64,000 nucleotides of DNA. Source: Eledone cirrhosa (taxonomy: Eukaryota). The stretch spans positions 163,556,001 through 163,620,000 of the forward strand of contig OZ024742.1 in NCBI GenBank assembly GCA_964016885.1, written 5' to 3'. A model generated the notes under the pieces. It was not told the origin of the DNA. It worked only from the letters and a program-made list of their open reading frames with translations, and made no database searches. This document shows positions 24,650 to 38,700 of this stretch, piece after piece. The translations under genes were made by a program, and so were the position numbers. Every line of letters starts with the position of its first letter. Position 1 is the first letter of the stretch.

Positions 24650-27600
24650 TTTTTTTTTACAAATTATCTCCCCCTGATATTTTTTACAAATTATCTCCCC
24701 CTGATTTTTTTACAAATTATCTCCCCTTGGCTGGCTGGAAATTATCTCCCCTTGGAGGCTGGAATTTATCTCCCCTTGGACGGCTAGAAATTACCTCTCC
24801 TTGGACGGCTAGAAAATATGTCTCCTTGGACGGCTGGAAATTATCTCCCCTTGGACGGCTGGAAATTATCTCCTCTTGGACGGCTGGAAATTATCTCCCC
24901 TTGGGCGGCTAGATATTACCTCCCCTTGGACGGCTGGAAATTATCTCCCCTTGATTTTTTTTACAAATTATCTCCCCCTGATTTTTTTTACAAATTATCT
25001 CCCCCTGATTTTTTTTTACGAATTATCTCCGCCTGATTTTTTTTTAAAATGATCTCCCCTTGGACGGCTGGAAATTATCTCCCCTTGGACGGCTGGAAAT
25101 TATCTCCCCTTGGACGGCTAGAAATTACCTCTCCTTGGACGGCTGAAAATTATCTCCCCTTGGACGGCTGCAAATTATCTCCCCTTGATTTTTTTAACAA
25201 ATTATCTCCCCCTGATTTTTTTTACAAATTATCTCCCCCTGATTTTTTTTACAAATTATCTACGCCTAATTTTTTTTACAAATTATCTCCCCCTGATTTT
25301 TTTTTACAAATTATCTCCCCCTGATTTTTTTTTACAAATTATCTCCCCCTGATTTTTTTTTACAAATTATCTCCCCCCTGATTTTTTTTACAATCTCCGC
25401 CTGATTTTTTAAAAAATTATCTTCCCTTGGCTGGCGGGAAATTATCTCCCCTTGGACGGCTGGAAATTATATCCCCTTGGAAGGATGGAAATTATCTCCC
25501 CTTGGACGGCTGGAAATTATCTCCCCTTGGACGGCTGGAAATTATCTCCCCTTGGACAGCTGGAAATTATCTGCCCTTGATTTTGTTTTTACAAATTATC
25601 TCCCCCTGATTTTTTTTTACAAATTATCTCCCCCTGATTTTTTTTTTACAAATTATCTCCCCCTGATTTTTTTACAAATTATCTCCCCCTGATTTTTTTT
25701 ACAAATTATCTCCGCCTGATTTTTTTAAATATTATCTTCCCTTGGCTGGCGGGAAATTATCTCCCCTTGGACGGCTGAAAATTATCTCCCCTTGGACGGC
25801 TGGAAATTATCTCCCCCTGATTTTTTTTTACAAATTATCTCCCCCTGATTTTTTTTTACAAATTATCTCCCCCTGATTTTTTTTACAAATTATCTCCCCC
25901 TGATTTTTTTACAAATTATCTCCCCTTGGCTGGCTGGAAATTATCTCCCCTTGGAGGCTGGAATTTATCTCCCCTTGGACGGCTAGAAATTACCTCTCCT
26001 TGGACGGCTGGAAAATATGTCTCCTTGGACGGCTGGATAATATCTACCCTTGGACGGCTGGAAATTATCTCCCCTTGGACGGCTGGAAATTATCTCCCCT
26101 TGGACGGCTAGATATTACCTCCCCTTGGACGGCTGGAAATTATCTCCCCTTGATTTTTTTTACAAATTATCTCCCCCTGATTTTTTTTACAAATTATCTC
26201 CACCTGATTTTTTTACAAATTATCTCCCCCTGATTTTTTTTACAAATTATCTCCGCCTAATTTTTTAAATATTATCTTCCCTTGGCTGGCGGGAAATTAT
26301 CTCCCCTTGGACGGCTGAAAATTATCTCCCCTTGGACGGCTGGAAATTATCTCCCCTTGATTTTTTTACAAATTATCTCCCCCTGATTTTTTTTTACAAA
26401 TTATCTCCCCCTGATTTTTTTTACAAATTATCTCCCCCTGATTTTTTATTACAAATTATCTCCCACTGATTTTTTTACAAATTATCTCCCCTTGGCTGGC
26501 TGGAAATTATCTCCCCTTGGAGGCTGGAATTTATCTCCCCTTGGACGGCTAGAAATTACCTCTACTTGGACGGCTGGAAAATATGTCTCCTTGGACGGCT
26601 GGAAATTATCTCTTCTTGGACGGCTGGAAATTATCTCCCCTTGGACGGCTAGATATTACCTCCCCTTGGACGGCTGGAAATTATCTCCCCTTGATTTTTT
26701 TTACAAATTATCTCCCCCTGATTTTTTTTTACATATCTCCTAATGATTTTTAAAAAAAAATTATCTCCCCTTCGCTGGCTGGAAATTATCTCCCCTTGGA
26801 CGCTGGAAATTATAGCCCCTTGGAGGGCTGGAAATTATCTTCCCTTGGACGGCTGGAAATTATCTCCCCTTGATTTTTTTTACAAATTGTCTACCCCTGA
26901 TTTTTTTTTACAAATTATCTCCCCCTGATTTTTTTTACAAATTATCTCCCCCTGATTTTTTTACAAATTATCTCCCCCTGATTTTTTTACAAATTATCTC
27001 CCCCTGATTTTTTTTACAAATTATCTCCGCCTAATTTTTTTAAATATTATCTTTCCTTGGCTGGCGGGAAATTATCTCCCCTTGGACGGCTGAAAATTAT
27101 CTCCCCTTGGACGGCTGGAAATTATCTCCCCTTGATTTTTTTTACAAATAATCTCCCCCTGATTATTTTTTACAAATTATCTCCCCCTGATTTTTTTTTA
27201 CAAATTATCTCCCCCTGATTTTTTTTTACAAATTATCTCCCCCTGATATTTTTTACAAATTATCTCCCCCTGATTTTTTTACAAATTATCTCCCCTTGGC
27301 TGGCTGGAAATTATCTCCCCTTGGAGGCTGGAATTTATCTCCCCTTGGACGGCTAGAAATTACCTCTCCTTGGACGGCTAGAAAATATGTCTCCTTGGAC
27401 GGCTGGAAATTATCTCCCCTTGGACGGCTGGAAATTATCTCCTCTTGGACGGCTGGAAATTATCTCCCCTTGGGCGGCTAGATATTACCTCCCCTTGGAC
27501 GGCTGGAAATTATCTCCCCTTGATTTTTTTTACAAATTATCTCCCCCTGATTTTTTTTACAAATTATCTCCCCCTGATTTTTTTTTACGAATTATCTCCG

Positions 27601-29070
27601 CCTGATTTTTTTTTAAAATGATCTCCCCTTGGACGGCTGGAAATTATCTCCCCTTGGACGGCTGGAAATTATCTCCCCTTGGACGGCTAGAAATTACCTC
27701 TCCTTGGACGGCTGAAAATTATCTCCCCTTGGACGGCTGCAAATTATCTCCCCTTGATTTTTTTAACAAATTATCTCCCCCTGATTTTTTTTACAAATTA
27801 TCTCCCCCTGATTTTTTTTACAAATTATCTACGCCTAATTTTTTTTACAAATTATCTCCCCCTGATTTTTTTTTACAAATTATCTCCCCCTGATTTTTTT
27901 TTACAAATTATCTCCCCCTGATTTTTTTTTACAAATTATCTCCCCCCTGATTTTTTTTACAATCTCCGCCTGATTTTTTTTTAAATTATCTTCCCTTGGC
28001 TGGCGGGAAATTATCTCCCCTTGGACGGCTGGAAATTATATCCCCTTGGAAGGATGGAAATTATCTCCCCTTGGACGGCTGGAAATTATCTCCCTTTGGA
28101 CGGCTGGAAATTATCTCCCCTTGGACAGCTGGAAATTATCTGCCCTTGATTTTGTTTTTACAAATTATCTCCCCCTGATTTTTTTTTACAAATTATCTCC
28201 CCCTGATTTTTTTTTTACAAATTATCTCCCCCTGATTTTTTTACAAATTATCTCCCCCTGATTTTTTTTACAAATTATCTCCGCCTGATTTTTTTAAATA
28301 TTATCTTCCCTTGGCTGGCGGGAAATTATCTCCCCTTGGACGGCTGAAAATTATCTCCCCTTGGACGGCTGGAAATTATCTCCCCCTGATTTTTTTTTAC
28401 AAATTATCTCCCCCTGATTTTTTTTTACAAATTATCTCCCCCTGATTTTTTTTACAAATTATCTCCCCCTGATTTTTTTACAAATTATCTCCCCTTGGCT
28501 GGCTGGAAATTATCTCCCCTTGGAGGCTGGAATTTATCTCCCCTTGGACGGCTAGAAATTACCTCTCCTTGGACGGCTGGAAAATATGTCTCCTTGGACG
28601 GCTGGATAATATCTACCCTTGGACGGCTGGAAATTATCTCCCCTTGGACGGCTGGAAATTATCTCCCCTTGGACGGCTAGATATTACCTCCCCTTGGACG
28701 GCTGGAAATTATCTCCCCTTGATTTTTTTTACAAATTATCTCCCCCTGATTTTTTTTACAAATTATCTCCACCTGATTTTTTTACAAATTATCTCCCCCT
28801 GATTTTTTTTACAAATTATCGCCTAATTTTTTAAATATTATCTTCCCTTGGCTGGCGGGAAATTATCTCCCCTTGGACGGCTGAAAATTATCTCCCCTTG
28901 GACGGCTGGAAATTATCTCCCCTTGATTTTTTTTACAAATTATCTCCCCCTGATTTTTTTTTACAAATTATCTCCCCCTGATTTTTTTTACAAATTATCT
29001 CCCCCTGATTTTTTATTACAAATTATCTCCCACTGATTTTTTTACAAATTATCTCCCCTTGGCTGGCTGG
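24650..29070 (+). repeat. ~1.8-kb direct duplication at offset 2569 bp (~24.65-26.5 kb repeated at ~27.2-29.07 kb)
   Basis: Pseudo-ORF pairs 24727/27296, 25049/27618, 25427/27996 and 25926/28495. Shared variants TCCTCTTGG, TTGGGCGGCTAG and GGATAATATCTACCC. Confidence 0.87.
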
Positions 29071-32000
29071 AAATTATCTCCCCCTGATTTTTTTACAAAT
29101 TATCTCCCCCTGATTTTTTTTTACAAATTATCTCCCCCTGATTTTTTTTACAAATTATCTCCCCCTGATTTTTTATTACAAATTATCCCCCCCTGATTTT
29201 TTTACAAATTATCTCCCCTTGGCTGGCTGGAAATTATCTCCCCTTGGAGGCTGGAATTTATCTCCCCTTGGACGGCTAGAAATTACCTCTCCTTGGACGG
29301 CTGGAAAATATGTCTACTTGGACGGCTGGATATTATCTCCCCTTGGACGGCTGGAAATTATCTCCCCTTGGACGGCTAGATATTACCTCCCCTTGGACGG
29401 CTGGAAATTATCTCCCCTTGATTTTTTTTACAAATTATCTCCCCCTGATTTTTTTACTAATCTCCCAATGATTTTTTTAAAAAAATTATCTCCCCTTCGC
29501 TGGCTGGAAATTATCTCCCCTTGGAGGCTGGAAATTATAGCCCCTTGGAGGGCTGGAAATTATCTTCCCTTGGACGGCTGGAAATTATCTCCCCCTGATT
29601 TTTTTACAAATTATCTCCCCCTGATTTTTTTTTTACAAATTATCTCCCCTTGATTTTTTAACAAATTATCTCCCCCTGATTTTTTTTACAAATTATCTCC
29701 CCCTGATTTTTTTACAAATTATCTCCCCTTGGCTGGCTGGAAATTATCTCCCCTTGGACGGCTGAAAATTATCTCCCCTTGGACGGCTGGAAATTATCTC
29801 CCCTTGATTTTTTTACAAATTATCTCCCCCTGATTTTTTTTTACAAATTATCTCCCCCTGATTTTTTTTTACAAATTATCTCCCCCTGATTTTTTTTTAC
29901 AAATTATCTCCCCCTGATTTTTTTTACAAATTATCCCCCCCTGATTTTTTTACAAATTATCTCCCCTTGGCTGGCTGGAAATTATCTCCCCTTGGAGGCT
30001 GGAATTTATCTCCCCTTGGACGGCTAGAAATTACCTCTCCTTGGACGGCTGGAAAATATGTCCTTGGACGGCTGGATATTATCTAACCTTGGACGGCTGG
30101 AAATTATCTCCCCTTGGACGGCTGGAAATTATCTCCCCTTGGACGGCTAGATATTACCTCCCCTTGGACGGCTGGAAATTATCTCCCCTTGATTTTTTTT
30201 ACAAATTATCTCCCCCTGATTTTTTTTTACAAATCTCCTAATGATTTTTTAAAAAAAATTATCTCCCCTTCGCTGGCTGGAAATTATCTCCCCTTGGACG
30301 CTGGAAATTATAGCCCTTTGGAGGGCTGGAAATTATCTTCCCTTGGACGGCTGGAAATTATCTCCCCTTGATTTTTTTTACAAATTGTCTACCCCTGATT
30401 TTTTTTTACAAATTATCTCCCCCTGATTTTTTTTACAAATTATCTCCCCCTGATTTTTTTACAAATTATCTCCCCCTGATTTTTTTACAAATTATCTCCC
30501 CCTGATTTTTTTTACAAATTATCTCCGCCTAATTTTTTTAAATATTATCTTTCCTTGGCTGGCGGGAAATTATCTCCCCTTGGACGGCTGAAAATTATCT
30601 CCCCTTGGACGGCTGGAAATTATCTCCCCTTGATTTTTTTTACAAATTATCTCCCCCTGATTTTTTTACAAATTATCTCCCCTTGGCTGGCTGGAAATTA
30701 TCTCCCCTTGGAGGCTGGAATTTATCTCCCCTTGGACGGCTGGAAATTATCTCCCCTTGGACGGCTGGAAATTATCTCCCCTTGGACGGCTAGAAATTAC
30801 CTCTCCTTGGACGGCTGAAAATTATCTCCCCTTGGACGGCTGCAAATTATCTCCCCTTGATTTTTTTAACAAATTATCTCCCCCTGATTTTTTTTACAAA
30901 TTATCTCCCCCTGATTTTTTTTACAAATTATCTACGCCTAATTTTTTTTACAAATTATCTCCCCCTGATTTTTTTTTACAAATTATCTCCTGATTTTTTT
31001 TTACAAATTATCTCCCCCTGATTTTTTTTTACAAATTATCTCCCCCCTGATTTTTTTTACAATCTCCGCCTGATTTTTTTAAAAATGATCTTCCCTTGGC
31101 TGGCGGGTAATTATCTCCCCTTGGACGGCTGGAAATTATATCCCCTTGGAAGGATGGAAATTATCTCCCCTTGGACGGCTGGAAATTATCTCCCCTTGGA
31201 CGGCTGGAAATTATCTCCCCTTGGACAGCTGGAAATTATCTGCCCTTGATTTTGTTTTTACAAATTATCTCCCCCTGATTTTTTTTTACAAATTATCTCC
31301 CCCTGATTTTTTTTTTACAAATTATCTCCCCCTGATTTTTTTACAAATTATCTCCCCCTGATTTTTTTTACAAATTATCTCCGCCTGATTTTTTTTTTTA
31401 AATGATCTCCCCTTGGACGGCTGGAAATTATCTCCCCTTGGGCGGCTGGAAATTATCTCCCCTTGGACGGCTAGAAATTACCTCTCCTTGGACGGCTGAA
31501 AATTATCTCCCCTTGGACGGCTGTAAATTATCTCCCCTTGATTTTTTTAACAAATTATCTCCCCCTGATTTTTTTTACAAATTATCTCCCTCTGATTTTT
31601 TTTTACAAATTATCTACGCCTAATTTTTTTTACAAATTATCTCCCCTTGATTTTTTTTTACAAATTATCTCCCCCTGATTTTTTTTACAAATTATCTCCC
31701 CCTGATTTTTTTTTACAAATTATCTCCCCCCTGATTTTTTTTACAATCTCCGCCTGATTTTTTTAAAAATTATCTTCCCTTGGCTGGCGGGAAATTATCT
31801 CCCCTTGGACGGCTGGAAATTATATCCCCTTGGAAGGATGGAAATTATCTCCCCTTGGACGGCTGGAAATTATCTCCCCTTGGACGGCTGGAAATTATCT
31901 CCCCTTGGACAGCTGGAAATTATCTGCCCTTGATTTTGTTTTTACAAATTATCTCCCCCTGATTTTTTTTACAAATTATCTCCACCTGATTTTTTAAAAA

Positions 32001-32700
32001 ATTATCTCCCCTTGGACGGCAGTAAATTATCTCTCCTTGGCTGGAAATTATCTCCCCTTGGACGGCTAGAAATTATCTCTATTTGGACGGCTGGAAATTA
32101 TCTCCCTTTGATTTTTTTTACAAATTATCTCCCCCTGATTTTTTTTTAAAATTATCTCTCCTTGGACGGCTGGAAATTATCTCCCCTTGATTTTTTTTAC
32201 AAATTATCTACCCCTGATTTTTTTTACAAATTATCTCCCCCTGATTTTTTTTTACAAATTATCTACCCCTGATTTTTTTTTACAAATTATCTCCCCCTGA
32301 TTTTTTTTACAAATTATCTCCCCCTGATTTTTTTTACAAATTATCTCCGCCTAATTTTTTTAAATATTATCTTGCCTTGGCTGGCGGGAAATTATCTCCC
32401 CTTGGACGGCTGAAAATTATCTCCCCTTGGACGGCTGGAAATTATCTCCCCTTGGAGGCTGGAATTTATCTCCCCTTGGACGGCAAGAAATTACCTCTCC
32501 TTGGACGGCTGGAAAATATGTCTCCTTGGACGGCTAGAAATTATCTCCCCTTGGACGGCTGGAAATTATCTCCCCTTGGACGGCTGGAAATTATCTCTCC
32601 TCGGACGGCTAGAAATTACCTCTCCTTGGACCGCTGAAAATTATCTCCCCTTGGACGGCTGGAAATTATCTCCCCTTGATTTTTTTTACAAATTATCTCC

Positions 32701-35700
32701 CCCTGATTTTTTTACAAATTATCTCCCCTTGGCTGGCTGGAAATTATCTCCCCTTGGAGGCTGGAATTTATCTCCCCTTGGACGGCTAGAAATTACCTCG
32801 CCTTGGACGGCTGGAAAATATGTCTCCTTGGACGGCTGGAAATTATCTCTTCTTGGACGGCTGGAAATTATCTCCCCTTGGACGGCTAGATATTACCTCC
32901 CCTTGGACGGCTGGAAATTATCTCCCCTTGATTTTTTTTACAAATTAGCTCCCCCTGATTTTTTTTTACAAATTATCTCCCCCTGATTTTTTTTTACGAA
33001 TTATCTCCCCCTGATTTTTTTTTACAAATTATCTCCGCCTGATTTTTTTTTTTAAATTATCTCCCCTTGGACGGCTGGAAATTATCTCCCCTTGGACGGC
33101 TAGAAGTTACCTCTCCTTGGACGGCTGAAAATTATCTCCCCTTGGACGGCTGCAAATTATCTCCCCTTGATTTTTTTAACAAATTATCTCCCCCTGATTT
33201 TTTCTTACAAATTATCTCCCCCTGATTTTTATTTACAAATTATCTACGCCTAATTTTTTTTACAAATTATCTCCCCCTGATTTTTTTTTACAAATTATCT
33301 CCCCCTGACTTTTTTTTACAAATTATCTCCCCCTGATTTTTTTACAAATTATCTCCCCCCTGATTTTTATTACAATCTCCGCCTGATTTTTTAAAAAATT
33401 ATCTTCCCTTGGCTGGCGGGAAATTATCTCCCCTTGGACGGCTGGAAATTATATCCCCTTGGAAGGATCGAAATTAACTCCCCTTGGACGGCTGGAAATT
33501 ATCTCCCCTTGGACGGCTGGAAATTATCTCCCCTTGGACAGCTGGAAATTATCTGCCCTTGATTTTGTTTTTACAAATTATCTCCCCCTGATTTTTTTTA
33601 CAAATTATCTCCACCTGATTTTTTAAAAAATTATCTCCCCTTGGACGGCTGGAAATTATCTCCCCTTGGCTGGAAATTATCTCCCCTTGGACGGCTAGAA
33701 ATTATCTCTCTTTGGACGGCTGGAAATTATCTCCCCTTCGCTGGCTGGAAATTATCTCCCCTTGGACGCTGGAAATTATAGCCCCTTGGAGGGCTGGAAA
33801 TTATCTTCCCTTGGACGGCTGGAAATTATCTCCCCTTGATTTTTTTTACAAATTATCTCCCCCTGATTTTTTTTACAAATTATCTCCCCCTGATTTTTTT
33901 TTACAAATTATCTCCCCCTGATTTTTTTTTTACAAATTATCTCCGCCTGATTTTTTAAAAAAATTATCTCCCCCTGATTTTTTTTTTACAAATTATCTCC
34001 CCCTGATTTTTTTTCTACAAATTATCTCCCCCTGATTTTTTTACAAATTATCTCCCCCTGATTTTTTTTACAATATCCGCCCGATTTTTTTAAAAATTAT
34101 CTTCCCTTGGCTGGCGGGAAATTATCTCCCCTTGGACGGCTGGAAATTATCTCCCCTTGGAAGGATGGAAATTATCTCCCCTTGGACGGCTGGAAATTAT
34201 CTCCCCTTGCACGGCTGGAAATTATCTCCCCTTGGACAGCTGGAAATTATCTGCCCTTGATTTTGTTTTTACAAATTATCTCCACCTGATTTTTTAAAAA
34301 ATTATCTCCCCTTGGACGGCTGGAAATTATCTCCCCTTGGACGGCTAGAAATTATCTCTCTTTGGACGGCTGGAAATTATCTCCCTTTGATTTTTTTTAC
34401 AAATTTCCCCCTGATTTTTAAAAAAAAATTATCTCCCCTTCGCTGGCTGGAAATTATCTCGCCTTGGACACTGGAAATTATAGCCCCTTGGAGGGCTGGA
34501 AATTATCTTCCCTTGGACGGCTGGAAATTATCTCCCCTTGAATTTTTTTACAAATAATCTCCCCCTGATTTTTTTTTACAAATTATCTCCCCCTGATTTT
34601 TTTTTACAAATTATCTCCGCCTGATTTTTTTTAAAATTATCTCTCCTTGGACGGCTGGAAATTATCTCCACTTGATTTTTTTTACAAATCATCTCCCCCT
34701 GATTTTTTTTTACAAATTATCTCCCCCTGATTTTTTTTTACAAATTATCTTCCCCTGATTTTTTTTTACAAATTATCTCCCCCTGATTTTTTTTACAAAT
34801 TATCTCCCCATGATTTTTTTACAAATTATCTCCCCTTGGCTGGCTGGAAATTATCTCCCCTTGGAGGCTGGAATTTATCTCCCCTTGGACGGCTAGAAAT
34901 TACCTCTCCTTGGACGGCTGGAAAATATGTCTCCTTGGACGGCTGGATATTATCTACCCTTGGACGGCTGGAAATTATCTCCCCTTGGACGGCTGGAAAT
35001 TATCTCCCCTTGGACGGCTAGATATTACCTCCCCTTGGACGGCTGGAAATTATCTCCCCTTGATTTTTTTTACAAATTATCTCCCCCTGATTTTTTTTAC
35101 AAATTATCTCCCCCTGATTTTTTTACAAATTATCTCCCCATGATTTTTCTACAAATTATCTCCGCCTAATTTTTTTAAATATTATCTTCCCTTGGCTGGC
35201 GGGAAATTATCTCCCCTTGGACGGCTGAAAATTATCTCCCCTTGGACGGCTGGAAATTATCTCCCCTTGATTTTTTTACAAATTATCTCCCCCTGATTAT
35301 TTTTTACAAATTATCTCCCCCTGATTTTTTTTTACAAATTATCTCCCTCTGATTTTTTTTACAAATTATCTCCCCCTGATTTTTTTACAAATTATCTTCC
35401 CTTGGCTGGCGGGAAATTATCTCCCCTTGGACGGCTGGAAATTATCTCCCCTTGGAAGGATGGAAATTATCTCCCCTTGGACGGCTGGAAATTATCTCCC
35501 CTTGCACGGCTGGAAATTATCTCCCCTTGGACAGCTGGAAATTATCTGCCCTTGGACGGCTGGAAATTATCTCTCCTCGGACGGCTAGAAATTACCTCTC
35601 CTTGGACGGCTGAAAATTATCTCCCCTTGGACGGCTGGAAAATATGTCTCCTTGGACGGCTGGAAATTATCTCCCCTTGGACGGCTGGAAATTATCTCCC

Positions 35701-38700
35701 CTTGGACGGCTGGAAATTATCTCTCCTCGGACGGCTAGAAATTACCTCTCCTTGGACGGCTGAAAATTATCTCCCCTTGGACGGCTGGAAATTATCTCCC
35801 CTTGATTTTTTTTACAAATTATCTCCCCCTGATTTTTTTTTACAAATTATCTCCCCCTGATTTTTTTTTACAAATTATCTCCCCCTGATTTTTTTTTACA
35901 AATTATCTCCCCCTGATATTTTTTACAAATTATCTCCCCCTGATTTTTTTTACAAATTATCTCCCCTTGGCTGGCTGGAAATTATCTCCCCTTGGAGGCT
36001 GGAATTTATCTCCCCTTGGACGGCTAGAAATTACCTCGCCTTGGACGGCTGGAAAATATGTCTCCTTGGACGGCTCGAAATTATCTCCCCTTGGACGGCT
36101 GGAAATTATCTCCCCTTGGACGGCTAGATATTACCTCCCCTTGGACGGCTGGAAATTATCTCCCCTTGATTTTTTTTTACAAATTATCTCCCCCTGATTT
36201 TTTTTTACAAATTATCTCCCCCTGATTTTTTTTTACGAATTATCTCCCCCTGATTTTTTTTACAAATTATCTCCGCCTGATTTTTTTAAAAAAATTATCT
36301 CCCCTTGGACGGCTGGAAATTATCTCCCCTTGATTTTTTTTACAAATTATCTCCCCCTGATTTTTTTTACAAATTATCTCCCCCTGATTTTTTTTTACAA
36401 ATTATCTCCCACTGATTTTTTTTTTACAAATTATCTCCGCCTGATTTTTTAAAAAAATTATCTCCCCCTGATTTTTTTTTACAAATTATCTCCCCCTGAT
36501 TTTTTTTCTACAAATTATCTCCCCCTGATTTTTTTACAAATTATCTCCCCCTGATTTTTTTTACAATATCCGCCCGATTTTTTTAAAAATTATCTTCCCT
36601 TGGCTGGCGGGAAATTATCTCCCCTTGGACGGCTGGAAATTATCTCCCCTTGGAAGGATGGAAATTATCTCCCCTTGGACGGCTGGAAATTATCTCCCCT
36701 TGCACGGCTGGAAATTATCTCCCCTTGGACAGCTGGAAATGATCTGCCCTTGATTTTGTTTTTACAAATTATCTCCACCTGATTTTTTAAAAAATTATCT
36801 CCCCTTGGACGGCTGGAAATTATCTCCCCTTGGACGGCTAGAAATTATCTCTCTTTGGACGGCTGGAAATTATCTCCCTTTGATTTTTTTTACAAATTTC
36901 CCCCTGATTTTTTAAAAAAAATTATCTCCCCTTCGCTGGCTGGAAATTATCTCCCCTTGGACACTGGAAATTATAGCCCCTTGGAGGGCTGGAAATTATC
37001 TTCCCTTGGACGGCTGGAAATTATCTCCCCTTGATTTTTTTTACAAATAATCTCCCCCTGATTTTTTTTTACAAATTATCTCCCCCTGATTTTTTTTTAC
37101 AAATTATCTCCGCCTGATTTTTTTCTTAAATTATCTCTCCTTGGACGGCTGGAAATTATCTCCACTTGATTTTTTTTACAAATCATCTCCCCCTGATTTT
37201 TTTTTACAAATTATCTTCCCCTGATTTTTTTTTACAAATTATCTTCCCCTGATTTTTTTTTACAAATTATCTCCCCCTGATTTTTTTTACAAATTATCTC
37301 CCCATGATTTTTTTACAAATTATCTCCCCTTGGCTGGCTGGAAATTATCTCCCCTTGGAGGCTGGAATTTATCTCCCCTTGGACGGCTAGAAATTACCTC
37401 TCCTTGGACGGCTGGAAAATATGTCTCCTTGGACGGCTGGATATTATCTACCCTTGGACGGCTGGAAATTATCTCCCCTTGGACGGCTGGAAATTATCTC
37501 CCCTTGGACGGCTAGATATTACCTCCCCTTGGACGGCTGGAAATTATCTCCCCTTGATTTTTTTTACAAATTATCTCCCCCTGATTTTTTTTACAAATTA
37601 TCTCCCCCTGATTTTTTTACAAATTATCTCCCCATGATTTTTCTACAAATTATCTCCGCCTAATTTTTTTAAATATTATCTTACCTTGGCTGGCGGGAAA
37701 TTATCTCCCCTTGGACGGCTGAAAATTATCTCCCCTTGGACGGCTGGAAATTATCTCCCCTTGATTTTTTTACAAATTATCTCCCCCTGATTATTTTTTA
37801 CAAATTATCTCCCCCTGATTTTTTTTTACAAATTATCTCCCTCTGATTTTTTTTACAAATTATCTCCCCCTGATTTTTTTACAAATTATCTTCCCTTGGC
37901 TGGCGGGAAATTATCTCCCCTTGGACGGCTGGAAATTATCTCCCCTTGGAAGGATGGAAATTATCTCCCCTTGGACGGCTGGAAATTATCTCCCCTTGCA
38001 CGGCTGGAAATTATCTCCCCTTGGACAGCTGGAAATTATCTGCCCTTGGACGGCTGGAAATTATCTCTCCTCGGACGGCTAGAAATTACCTCTCCTTGGA
38101 CGGCTGAAAATTATCTCCCCTTGGACGGCTGGAAAATATGTCTCCTTGGACGGCTGGAAATTATCTCCCCTTGGACGGCTGGAAATTATCTCCCCTTGGA
38201 CGGCTGGAAATTATCTCTCCTCGGACGGCTAGAAATTACCTCTCCTTGGACGGCTGAAAATTATCTCCCCTTGGACGGCTGGAAATTATCTCCCCTTGAT
38301 TTTTTTTACAAATTATCTCCCCCTGATTTTTTTTTACAAATTATCTCCCCCTGATTTTTTTTTACAAATTATCTCCCCCTGATTTTTTTTTACAAATTAT
38401 CTCCCCCTGATATTTTTTACAAATTATCTCCCCCTGATTTTTTTACAAATTATCTCCCCTTGGCTGGCTGGAAATTATCTCCCCTTGGAGGCTGGAATTT
38501 ATCTCCCCTTGGACGGCTAGAAATTACCTCGCCTTGGACGGCTGGAAAATATGTCTCCTTGGACGGCTGGAAATTATCTCCCCTTGGACGGCTGGAAATT
38601 ATCTCCCCTTGGACGGCTAGATATTACCTCCCCTTGGACGGCTGGAAATTATCTCCCCTTGATTTTTTTTTACAAATTATCTCCCCCTGATTTTTTTTTA

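Larger units (their letters stand above)
58..32700 (+). repeat. Giant HOR copy 1 (~32.6 kb; phase is arbitrary, set by the window start)
   Basis: Rare variants recur downstream: AAATTAGCTCCC (~300/~32943), GCTAGAAGTTACC (~457/~33100), CTGACTTTT (~663/~33305). Pseudo-ORF offsets are 32,643-32,645, then 32,987, then 32,862-32,865. Confidence 0.9.
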
